From Eutreptiella sp. 'Long Island Sound 2002' (Eukaryota; Protista; Euglenida), in NCBI GenBank assembly GCA_964036045.1, contig OZ038379.1, positions 22,568,001 to 22,632,000 of the forward strand: 64,000 nucleotides of DNA, read 5' to 3'. Under the pieces are notes generated by a model that saw only the letters and a list, made by a program, of their open reading frames with translations, had not been told where the DNA came from and made no database searches. Both the position numbers and the translations under genes were made by a program. Positions 1 through 9,975 of this stretch are shown here, in pieces. Position 1 is the first letter of the stretch. Each line of letters opens with the position of its first letter.

Positions 1-2659
1 CTCCACATATATATTTCATTGTGGTATACTTATTTAGGTCGACCGACGACGTTTTTCTATCTTTGATCCCCTTGGTCCATGTTGTAGATCAAGAGGAGAC
101 CGGATATGGCGTAGGGCGCTGAGTATCAGTGTCCTCACCCCTCCCTTGGAGCATGGGGGACGCCTACGACGTGTGTGGGGCCTCCATGTGTCCTTGGGAC
201 ATGGGGGGGGGGGGTGGAGCCCATTGGGGTCCTCCCGTCCTCTCTTCAATGACTTCCGAGCGGTAACAACGCTCTGAGAAGGGGGGTGAAGCCGGTTCGG
301 ACCCCCGTGGCCATCTTGGGGTCACTTGGGGTGTGTATCTATGTGCCGGCAAGCCGCCATTGGCTGATATCATACTCTCCCATCCACCTGAACTAACCCG
401 ATGTGATAGTGTGATAGGTTTGGCCATTCCGGCTACGAGCGGCCATATTCAGTACCGAGGCGCCGCCAGCGGAGATTTATATGTCAGAATATCAGGAATC
501 AACAGGGTTTTATTATCATGATGTTTCCGTAATTTTTCAGCCTTTCGTTCTGATGGTCAATGTATCGGCGACCGTCAGTTGGCTCGCGATTTTGCGTTAA
601 CCGATTGGTTAACTGTTATTTCCAGATATTTTGGCGGATACTCCGTTGAAGGGTCAGATTTCATCAGCAAAGGGTTCGTTGCTTCCGCAATTTTCTAAAT
701 AAGCACTCGAAATTTTAATCTGAATTTTTCGCGATGTCGAAATCGGATTTTCGACTTCGACATCGACGCACTTGATTTGGACTTCTTCGAGTGGTCATAC
801 TCCTTTCCCTATGCCCGAATCAGGTTTCCCTTATACTTGCCACCCATTTGACTTGGAGATATAAGGGAAACAAAAGTGAATCGTGGGACCACTTTGAAGG
901 ACCATATTTACGCGCGAGTGTGAGGAAAGAGAATAAGGAAGGTTGGGTTGCAAACGCCTTGGTCTCAACTTAATTTAGGAAGCATCAAACGCCTTTGGTG
1001 CGCACACATGCCCGGTGTAGCAAGGGAAAAGGGTCAAGAGGGTATAAAGTGATATATAACTCTTGGACCGTGCAACCGAATATTTTAATGCGACTTTCGA
1101 GTGTGCCGCATGAGTGTTGGGGTTGCATAGCAACTTTCCTTGGGTTCCTACGTATTTTTAACGTGAAGTTATGTCCATGGAGGGACATGGCATATCATGG
1201 TGGGAGCCACATTTTGAGGGTATGTGTTATATGCATGGTATATGTCTTGATATGCTCACGCCCATGTTATATATCTTCGTGTGGCCGAAGAGATGGGGAG
1301 CCATACGTGACAAGGGCTTTGCCCATGTCCCAATTGTGGAATTCAAAGCGCTAGACCAAGTCTACCGCGTATGTATTGCTCATGGTATGTTTGACAAAGA
1401 GATCCATGGGTGCACTCCCATTTTCATGGGGCATGTAGATATTAGTGGCGAAGGTATCTCCATGCGCCCGATTGGGGATCCAAGTGGGGGAATTGTTCGC
1501 AAATGGTTCCAATCATTTGTGTATTGAACTATGAGCGGATATCATGGGTGAGCATAGAGATATACTATCATGACAACTTTGTGTTTGGTCATATTTTCAT
1601 GTTTTTGACCTCAATTTTTGCTCATTTTTGCATTTTGTGTACTTACCTGGTCAGCAAACAGCAAGAAGCCTATGGAGAGTCGAACCGTGGTATGTTGTTC
1701 ATATGTTGGCATATGCTTCGGAGTTGAACACCACCATATGCCGGATCGTGCACTCCATTTGGCTTGGCGCACGAAGGATCACAAGAATTGGTCTCAAGAT
1801 CATGGGCTGACTTGGGCAGTGCGTGGCGCCCATATCCGAAGGGGTTTCGAGGGTGAAATGGGGATGTACATGGGCATTGGCCTTTGGTCTCTATCCTCCA
1901 TGAATACTAGACGTCGATTCCATGCATGCTTTGAGCCTTTGGATAAGTGGTAACCTCAATTTTGAGCATATATTTGATATATGGCCAATATGGTGTGAAT
2001 TGGCAGTTTTTTGGCATGTTATGAGTTCAAACTCATGGGGCATATCTCCAAGCCCATTCGACTCCAAGTCCAACCAAGGTCATGTCAGGGTAGGGCATGG
2101 TCCTGAGTGCCACTCTAGGCCGTGACACGCCACCTTCCCTACTGGGCTAGGATTTAGAGGCTTGGGAGTGAACACATTTTTGGGGTTTGTGTAATGACTT
2201 GTGACACATGGCATTCAGCCATCTCATTTGACCTGGTTCAGGGCAATATGTTGGTGAGTCAAGGGAAGGTCTTGAGTCCAGGGAATGATGGGTTTATGGC
2301 TGTGAATGTGTATGTTTACCTCTTTCCCCAACTTTGCTTTATTTGTTTTCATATGCCAATTTCAGGGCTTTCTTCCTTGGCGCAATTCTTGTACATGCCC
2401 GCCATCGTGAGACAATCGATGTGTTGAACGAAAGCCCGCAGCCTGATTTGGATTGTGAATTGGGTTATTGCTGTATTTGTGGGATCTGGTTGCCATTCAG
2501 GGTTGAAGGAGGATTTTATTTTCTATATTTTTGGATTTGGAACCTTGGATTTTGAACAATGCAATCGTTGATCAGGAGCAAATCGGCAGGGGTTACAGGC
2601 GGAAGGGGCACAGCGGGGGCCGGTCCTGGTAGGGACCTTCTTTAGGTGTTGAACCTTCG

Positions 2660-3520
2660 GTGCGAGTCGCTACAGATGCTAGTGATTTGGAATTGGGTGC
2701 AATCGATTTAAGCAACCACGAGCGAACCGTGCATGCTTATACTGACCCTAAATTGCATATAAATGTCAAAGAGATAAGAGCATCCACGCTCGGGGTTCGA
2801 GCTTTTGCCCTTAAGAACTCGGTTGTTGAATGCTATGTTGACAACATAGTAACATATTTTTATCTCCTTACTCAGGGTGGCCGCAAGCGTCATCTCAACA
2901 AGGAGCTCCGCCCCTTCTTCTTTTGGGCGTGGGACCAGAACATCGAGGTGAGACCTCTTTGGGTGCCGTCGGATCAGAATCCAGCGGACCGAATTTCGAG
3001 GCGCGGGTTCGACGCGAAGGAAGCTCGCTTGTCCCGCGTAGTGTTTCTAACCATTGTGCATCGCTTTCGCATCAAGCCAGTGGTAGACGTTTTTGCCTCT
3101 CACGGCAACTCCCAGTGCCATCTTTATGTCAGCCGGGATTTCGACCCGGACGCTTTGGCTTGCGACGCCCTCAAAACCAATCTTTTAGGGATGCCCCTTC
3201 TTTATGCTTGCCCCCCGTGGAACCTCATAGGTCCCTTTCTGAACCATCTTTCTCAATTCCCCAAGACCCGGTGTCTATTGGTGTGCCCCATGTGGACGGG
3301 GTGCCCTTGGTGGCCCCAACTACTTCGGCTCTCAGATCTGTCGTACCGTCCTCGGGTCGTAAAGCCCCATCGGGGCCTTTTTCAAGACTTTTGGAACAAG
3401 CCGCTTCCGGCTCCAAGAGTATCCCTCCTTTGCGTGATGTTATCTGTTCCGTCGTTGGCAAAAAGAATTATTCTGAGGCATCAATCCAAGCGATTTTGGA
3501 AAAACTTGCGCCCTCTTTGA
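2660..3520 (+). CDS. DIRS-type RNase H followed by DNA N6-adenine methyltransferase-like domain (C-terminal part of pol ORF)
   Basis: RNase H motifs TDAS, HINVKE, YVDN, GG, WVPSDQNPADRISR. MT-like motifs DVFASHGN, DAL, YACPPW, LLVCPMW..CPWWPQL. In-frame TAG at 2630-2632 upstream indicates truncation or decay. Confidence 0.85.
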   Translation: MRVATDASDLELGAIDLSNHERTVHAYTDPKLHINVKEIRASTLGVRAFALKNSVVECYVDNIVTYFYLLTQGGRKRHLNKELRPFFFWAWDQNIEVRPLWVPSDQNPADRISRRGFDAKEARLSRVVFLTIVHRFRIKPVVDVFASHGNSQCHLYVSRDFDPDALACDALKTNLLGMPLLYACPPWNLIGPFLNHLSQFPKTRCLLVCPMWTGCPWWPQLLRLSDLSYRPRVVKPHRGLFQDFWNKPLPAPRVSLLCVMLSVPSLAKRIILRHQSKRFWKNLRPL

Positions 3521-4716
3521 AGAGATATGATTCTGCTTTTCGTTTGTTTTGCTCTCTAGGCATGGAGATGGGATATTCATTCCCCGATGTCACGTTACCC
3601 CAAGTGGTCAACGTACTTTCGACCATGCATCAAGTGTCCCCTTCTCAGGCCTCCTCAGCTTATTCTGCTTTGCTCAAGTTTCCTGATCTTACATCGTTGT
3701 CTTTTGACCCGGCCGTTCGTGCGCTACGACGGCGATGGACGACTAGTGTACCTAAGTACGTTGTCTTTTGGAAAGGCGAGCAATTGGTCGCATTTTTGGC
3801 GGCGCAAAAGCTTGACCGTTCCTCGAAGTTTCACGTCCGTGCACGTTTGATCATTGTTTTTCGTTTGTTTCAATTGTATCGCTCCTTTGATTTGTCCAAT
3901 ATGCTTAGAGTGCTAGCGACTTATGATGGCAAGTGGTTTGTGCCCACCCGCCGAAAGGGGTGGGCAAATTTGCGGTGGGATCGAGTTATGTCTATCCCTT
4001 CTTTGCCCGATTTTTGTCCGCTAACCTTACTGAGATCCTATTTGCGTTTAACACCGGAGGGTGCTTCCCCGGAGGGCGTTGAGCCCAAGCGTGTGTTTTT
4101 GGCCGTTGTGCGGCCCTTTGGCGCTTTGTCGTCCGATAGAATTGCTGCAGTAACCAAGGAGTTGTTGGTGGCTGCAGGCATAGACATGGAGCTATTTGGC
4201 GCCCACACCACGAGGGCCGTGGGCCTCGCCCTACTTCGTGCGTTGGGCTTGTCAGCCGAACAGGCTGCTGAAATTGGCAGTTGGGCCAATTTGCAGGCTT
4301 TTTCCCTTGCCTATTCTCGGGTAGGGGCAGCCGATGTGTTGTCGGATGCCTTGCAGCGCGTTAGTTATGTGCACACTCGTCCAAGCACTTGTTGCGGAGC
4401 CGCCGACTCTCCTCTTACTCCCTCTAGTAAGCATGCAGAGGGAGGAGGGGGAGAGGAGGTGGCGGAGCAACAAGGGCTTGGACCCACCACACCCGACCCT
4501 GATGTTACTCCCGCGCTGCCCGTGCATCCGCCCAAGTCGCAGACCAGGTCCAAGGTTCTTACAATCAAAGGGTGGCGCTCGTCCCCTCGTTTTGTAAATC
4601 ACTTAGGCAAGAGGCGTGCGCCTTCGCCAGCATTGTTGGAGGAGCAACCACGGAAGGAGGCGCGCTCAACCTTCGGAAGAAAGTGTACTCAATTCCGGTT
4701 GGATGACTTACGGTGA
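3430..4716 (+). CDS. Tyrosine recombinase (DIRS YR ORF)
   Basis: Catalytic-type motifs RSFDL, CPLTLLRSYL, FGAHTTR (HxxR), GSW, AFSLAY. Lies within ORF 2923-4716; true start uncertain. Confidence 0.85.
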   Translation: MRDVICSVVGKKNYSEASIQAILEKLAPSLKRYDSAFRLFCSLGMEMGYSFPDVTLPQVVNVLSTMHQVSPSQASSAYSALLKFPDLTSLSFDPAVRALRRRWTTSVPKYVVFWKGEQLVAFLAAQKLDRSSKFHVRARLIIVFRLFQLYRSFDLSNMLRVLATYDGKWFVPTRRKGWANLRWDRVMSIPSLPDFCPLTLLRSYLRLTPEGASPEGVEPKRVFLAVVRPFGALSSDRIAAVTKELLVAAGIDMELFGAHTTRAVGLALLRALGLSAEQAAEIGSWANLQAFSLAYSRVGAADVLSDALQRVSYVHTRPSTCCGAADSPLTPSSKHAEGGGGEEVAEQQGLGPTTPDPDVTPALPVHPPKSQTRSKVLTIKGWRSSPRFVNHLGKRRAPSPALLEEQPRKEARSTFGRKCTQFRLDDLR

Positions 4717-4911
4717 TTTGTTCCTTGGCTACCTGAACTGCCGTCTCCAAAAAAGTTAACGAGCCGGCAATAAGAAGCTGTTGTCCAACCCCTTGTTGCT
4801 CCGCCACCTCCTCTCCCCCTCCTCCCTCTGCATGCTTAGTAGAGGGAGTAAGAGCACCGATTCGGGCGAAGCGAGAATGAGAGAGAATATGGAAGAAGAT
4901 CCCAAAGGGTG

Positions 4912-5098
4912 AGCCACACCTGCCGGTAGTGCAATAGCAGGGCAACTCGTGTCATGGGACTCAGCAAGCTGAGGGGAAGCCCATGACCCCAACAAGAAAT
5001 TAGTTTAATTTCTTATCCAGCAGTGCTGGATATATCAGAAATTAAAGTGATAAGAACAGATACTACACTTGATCTTAGCCAAAAGGCCGAGAAGGTAT
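4912..5098 (-). ncRNA. RNU2: U2 spliceosomal snRNA
   Basis: Minus strand reads ATACCTTCTCGGCCTTTTGGCTAAGATCAAGTGTAGTATCTGTTCTTATCA (U2 5' domain with GTAGTA branch-site recognition sequence), then an Sm-like site AATTTCTTG, stem III, and stem-loop IV with loop ATTGCACTACC. 3' end approximate. Confidence 0.97.
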
Positions 5099-5264
5099 GC
5101 GACAGCGTGCTGATCAAGTAATCAGGCTATCCACGTACAGTTTATAATGTGGTCTTGACTAAGCTACGTTTCCTACAAACACACATGGCACCTTACACGT
5201 GAAGCCTCTGCCGCTTGACACGCCAAGAAACTGCCTAGCTACCCCCCCTGCCGTGGCCCATAAG

Positions 5265-5367
5265 AAAAGGTGATACTTTCTCGATTAATGCGTGTCATCC
5301 TTGCGCAGAGACCATGCTAATCTTCTGTGTATCGTTCCAATTTTAGCGGATGTCCCCGAAGGGCTCC
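5265..5367 (-). ncRNA. RNU6: U6 spliceosomal snRNA (variant ACACAGA box)
   Basis: Minus strand reads GGAGCCCTTCGGGGACATCCGCTAAAATTGGAACGATACACAGAAGATTAGCATGGTCTCTGCGCAAGGATGACACGCATTAATCGAGAAAGTATCACCTTTT: 5' stem-loop, AGC triad, ISL and TTTT terminator. Confidence 0.97.
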
Positions 5368-5617
5368 GGTACAACAGCGGATTTTCTTTCAACTGGCCAT
5401 CTGTGACCTGCCGTTCTTGGCCACTTGGTTCCGGAAACCGGTTTCTAACCAATTATAAATTTGACTCCGCAAAAAAAAAATTGCTGAACAGTGTTGTGCT
5501 CATGAACAGACGGTAGAAAGAAAACAGTAGGCAGTAGAAGTAGACAGCAGACCTGCCTTACCCTGCGTTACCCTAGCAGACCTGCCTTACCTGGCGTTAC
5601 CCTAACTTTAACAATTA

Positions 5618-6490
5618 ACTGGCAATCGGCCCGCGCAAATGCGCGGGTTGCCAACAAAATTTATAGAGTGATAGGGCCGCATCCTTACAGTTGGGTATCC
5701 AGCCTACGCGGTGATCCTATCAGGGTTCGCACTGGTCCCATGGGTAGGGATGGCAGAGGCTCCGCATTGATCTTGTTGTCGGCCCATCACTCACGGTATG
5801 GGACGTTGAAGTTGGAAGGCATGTACGTTGTGAGCTGTGGAAGATCTCAGTCCAATATTTCCGGCCAAACAATGTTTTCAATGACTCCATAGTTGTTTGC
5901 GTCAACCTGCAAGTCCGCTGCTGTCCATACTTTGATACCGCTTAAATTTCCGCAGCGCGATAGAGCAACATAAACTTGACCATGTGAAAATGGTCGGGTT
6001 GCCAATAAGAGACCCACTTTGGGAAACTTCTAACGTTGGCTTTTGTTAATGGTCATACAGAAGGCTAACTTTACAGGAAATTGGCGACGAATAAACTTGA
6101 TAGGGATATCATCATCATCAGATACGGTGAGATTAATTCGGGGTATGCAAACGGAGTTTCCTTTGTGTGTTCCTGTTAGCACCGTTGCTTGGATTGTGTA
6201 GCGAAGACACGAAGTAACACTCAATCGGGTTCATAAGGCCAGTTCAAGTTGCGTATGAGTATTATTGGTGCTCCAGCCTTAAGATTGAGGCGATGTTGTG
6301 GCATTCCTGATGGGATTAATGTGTTGAAGAACTCGTTTGGGTAAATGTTGGATTGGGCTTCAGAATCTTCACCAAAATAATCAGCTGACTCATAAACATG
6401 TAAATCACCGGGCAATGATTCCCGAATCACACATTAATTGTGTCCGGCGTTTCATTTTTGATGTCAAGATACAACGGTCATGAGATGCTT
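5618..6490 (-). mobile_element. Helitron 3' fragment with decayed PIF1-type helicase
   Basis: Minus-strand motifs YPNEFFNTLIPSGMPQHRLNLKAGAPIILIRNLN, IPRINL, RRQFPVKLAFCMTINKSQ and FSHGQVYVALSR, broken by frameshift and stop. Subterminal hairpin CCCGCGCATTTGCGCGGG (5630-5647) is followed by a CCAGT end at ~5618. Confidence 0.88.
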
Positions 6491-6589
6491 GCGCATCAAC
6501 CATACTCAGACAATTATCGCCACTTTGTACCATGTGGGTAGCTAAAGGGAGTGGATTGAGGCTGGGGGCCATGCACCAATGTTCAATGC

Positions 6590-8764
6590 CGGCATGCCGG
6601 CAGGAAGTTCGCGGTGCACTCGGGTACATAGACGAAACTCCAAGAGAGTTGCAGAAATTGACGGAGACATGTGCCGTGCTGTGCAGCGCCGGCGCTGGCG
6701 CTTCCGATAACATCGACAAATAGCGCTAACAGGTGGTTCTGGGAGTAGTTACAAGCGGTTAGCGCCCGCTCGGCCAACTGAACAGCCAGAATCGGCGAAG
6801 ATGCAACCGTACTGCACACCGATCGATGCGCCTCAAAAATGCGCATACATCTGTGTAATTAGATCGCAATGACATTGATCTGAATAACAAAAAGGAAACC
6901 GGATAGACACGAATGTGTTTTTCACAATGAACTTCTATGCCTGTTTTCAACGCCATAGAAGAAGCGCAAGCCTTGCAGTCGATGGATGGCTGGTGAATCT
7001 GATTCGGAATCCGTCATATCTTCCCTAGAAAGCAGGAGGTGCAGGAAATTCATTGGATTGTGTTTCGCTGGTGGTGTTGAAAAACACCGTTTGCAGCTAC
7101 TCGGGAGAACTTCTCATTTCTTCGCGGCCGCCTTTCTTGCACGCTCGCGTATCTTCTTCCTTTCCTTCTCCATTCGCTTGCGTGCTTGCCGCTCTTGATG
7201 CTTCTTCATCCGCGCTTGTTGCTGCAGCAGCGCACATGCTGCGTCTCGGACGAAGCTTCGCACGGCTATGGCCAGGTTGGCCCTCGCATCCTCCAAGTCC
7301 GTGGTGAAGTTTCCCGGAGGACGTGTTGGGAACCGCCGTTCTTGTTCCTGAAAGAGAGGACAAAAAGCAATATGAGGTAGAACCTCTTTTTTTTTTTTTT
7401 TGGTCAAAGGTTAACGTACCTTACGTTGAAGCTTCATGAGCTTGCGAACCCTCTGAACTGCGTTTGGGCCTCGGGGTCCCCGAGGTTCAGCCTTTGTGAG
7501 GCGTCGCTCGGGAGGAGGTGCTCGGCGTTGGGCTTCGGCTGCACGAAGGGCTTCGCGGTATGCACGAGCCCTTTCCAATACTTCGCGGTCGAAGGTATCG
7601 GGGTTGCGGGGAAGTGCCGCCCAGGCCCGAAGAGGTGCCCAGGGGTCCCCCTCTAAAGGGTTCGGTGGGGCCGCAGGGGAGACAGCCGGAGGAGCTGTGG
7701 CATGTGATGCATGTGATGCCTGGGTTGGGTTGCGCACAGACTGCAGCAAATTGCGCAAGTTCCCGTTGGTATCCTTGGGAGGCCTCAAGCTCTCCTCCAC
7801 AGAAGGCACCGGTGAGGGCGCCCGCTATGGCGAAGGGCTATCAGCCACCACAAGAACATCCGCCGGGGATGCTGCCGGGGATGGCAACCTTGCGGGCGAT
7901 GCCGGGGATGGCGACTGTGGTGCCGGGGACGGCGACCGACGGTAGTCCGTGGGGTGCCACATACACTCCACTTCACTGTAGGGGCTACAGTCGAAGGGAT
8001 TGAAGCTGCTTGCAGACATGAGTACCTGCGAAGAGCAATGAGTGAACTGGACAGGAGGGTATTGCACCAGTGATGCAATGCCGGCAGGAAGTTCGCTCTA
8101 AGCCGCTCGGGGACATAGAGGAAACCTCGGGGGAAGTGCAAAAATTGACTGACACATGTGCCGTGCTGTGCAGCGCCGGCGCTGGCGCTTCCGATAACAT
8201 CGACGGATAGCGCTAACAGGTGGTTCTGGGAGTAGTTACAGGCGGTTAGCGCCCGCTCGGCCAACTGAACAGCTACAATGGGCGAAGATGCAACTGTACT
8301 GCACACCGATCGATGCGCCTCAAAAATGCGCATACATCTGTGTAATTGGAAAAAAAAATGCCGCCTTGTACCATAAATTCTTTTCTGCGATGCGCACACG
8401 CGCGCCGCCGCCAGGCCCGCGCCTGGACACGACGACGACCAGTCTGAAAATAATAGAAAGATGTGCCGTGCTGTGCAACGCCGGCGCTGGTGCTTCCGAT
8501 AACATCGACGGATAGAGCTAACAGGTGGTTCTGGGAGTAGTTACAAGCGGTTAGCGCCCGCTCGGCCAACTGAACAGCCAGAATCGGCGAAGATGCAACC
8601 GTACTGCACACCGATCGATGCGCCTCAAAAATGCGCATACATCTGTGTAATTGGAAAAAAAAATGCCGCCTTGTAGCATAAATTCTTTTCTGCGATGCGC
8701 ACACGCGCGCCGCCGCCAGGCCCGCGCCTGGACACAACGACGACCAGTTTGAAAATAATAGAAA
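6590..8764. repeat. Three direct copies of a ~200-270-bp repeat (6590-6860, 8080-8347, 8461-8651); the last two belong to a ~304-bp tandem duplication
   Basis: Shared core CCGTGCTGTGCAGCGCCGGCGCTGG...GGTGGTTCTGGGAGTAGTTAC...GATCGATGCGCCTCAAAAATGCGCATACATCTGTGTAATT. Confidence 0.9.
7114..8067 (-). pseudogene. Spliced ORF of unknown function (Ser/Pro-rich N-part, basic coiled-coil C-part) with an in-frame TAG at 7825-7827
   Basis: ORFs 7825-8067 and 7411-7809 share a frame. A phase-0 GT-AG intron (7348-7419; GTACGT donor, pyrimidine tract + CAG) joins ...KLQRK to EQERRFPT...AAAKK. Confidence 0.5.
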
Positions 8765-9575
8765 GAAGTTTGCGAAGTCTTGTTCTCGTAGGTATCGCCT
8801 CGTACCAGCACCTCTCTCGTACCATACCAGCGTCTCCCGTTGGTGGCCCCATGCACAGAAGAAAGAAGAAAGGCCCCGTGAGGGGCCGCAGAAATTAATC
8901 CGTCAGCCACCGAGTGGCCGTTGGATTGGGGTAATTGGGTAGTTTTCAACTAGCAATTTCCTCAGGCTTCTCTTAAGAGATCACAAGCTCTGAGTAATTC
9001 CCGAGCGCAAGAATACATGGAAATTCGCGAAGGCCAACTTTTGACAGATTGTTTGCGCGTAGCAGATGCTGGTCCGTCTGGCGGTTTCAGCGATTCCCAT
9101 CCCAAATGTGGTCGAAAGATTGATTCGCAGTTCGAGTGGGTACATTCAGGAGGTGAAATCGCGTGCGACGCGCCATTTTGAGGGCTTAAAATGGGACTTG
9201 GAACTTTTCGCCTTTAGACCTGCCGAGGCGATGGATGGATGCCTTTTGATGTGAAGATTTCGACACTGTGCCCTATATAGGCTGTAACGCGATGTCAATT
9301 TCGACGTGTATTTCGTCGGTTCTGGAGGTCGTTTTAGCTAATGCTGTTGAGTTCGAAGATAGGTGAGCAGCCGTTCGACGATAGGTGAGCAGTCGTTCGC
9401 CTTTCTGTGCATTGCACTGGGGCACATTCGCAGGCAATTTAGCGACGTAACACCATCTTTGTGTACAATTTATTTGTCGCCCTTTGGGAAAGCGACAAAT
9501 TACCTCAAGGCCGAATTCACAATTGAGTTCAATTGAAGAATTTATACTTCTACCGTTGCCTAACACGCCGTCATC

Positions 9576-9975
9576 ATGCCGAAAGAAAAAACCTCAACAT
9601 CTAAAGAGCCCAAAAAGATGTATTGGTGCAAGGAACACAAGCGCAACCCGACTCACGACACCGAAAACTGTTATGTCTTATTAATGCGCAAAGAGGGCAA
9701 AGAGCCGGGAAAGAAAAAATGCCGCATGTGTTTGGCAAGCTGCTCCACCAGAATGCCAATAAGAGGGCAAAACTTGAAAAACTTGCCTAGGACCAACAGC
9801 TCCTGCAGCACTTGCAAATGGTGGGTTTGGTGCCCCAAGTCCAAGGGAAGGTAACCAAAGCAGTTCTAACACAGGCTATCAAGCAGTACATTGCCTCTGG
9901 AGGCAATCTGAGGGTGACAGGCAAGAAGCAGGAACTCAGAGAGCGCCTGGAGGTTGTACTGCACACTGGTCAGTG
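9576..9975 (+). pseudogene. Degenerate ORF with CX2HX4HX4C zinc-knuckle-like motif and C-terminal SAP-like motif
   Basis: WCKEHKRNPTHDTENC; after a frameshift and a stop, KVTKAVLTQAIKQYIASGGNLRVTGKKQELRERLE. Confidence 0.35.

Larger units (their letters stand above)
2560..4860 (+). mobile_element. 5'-truncated DIRS1-like tyrosine-recombinase retrotransposon (RT absent)
   Basis: Overlapping RNase H+methyltransferase ORF and YR ORF, the DIRS1 domain order. A 72-bp inverted repeat (4412-4483 / 4783-4854) resembles the ICR/ITR arrangement. No RT motifs upstream; both boundaries approximate. Confidence 0.85.

Noticed and set aside
780-2550. Several 60-120-aa ORFs in an AT-richer block upstream of the DIRS fragment
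   Set aside because: No recognisable RT, gag or other motif in any frame; probably an old repeat, but not supportable.
5370-5520. A/B-box-like words upstream of U6 (TGGCCACTTGG, GGTTCCGGAAACC)
   Set aside because: Poor fit to the consensus, adjacent rather than properly spaced, and no cloverleaf; not called as a tRNA.
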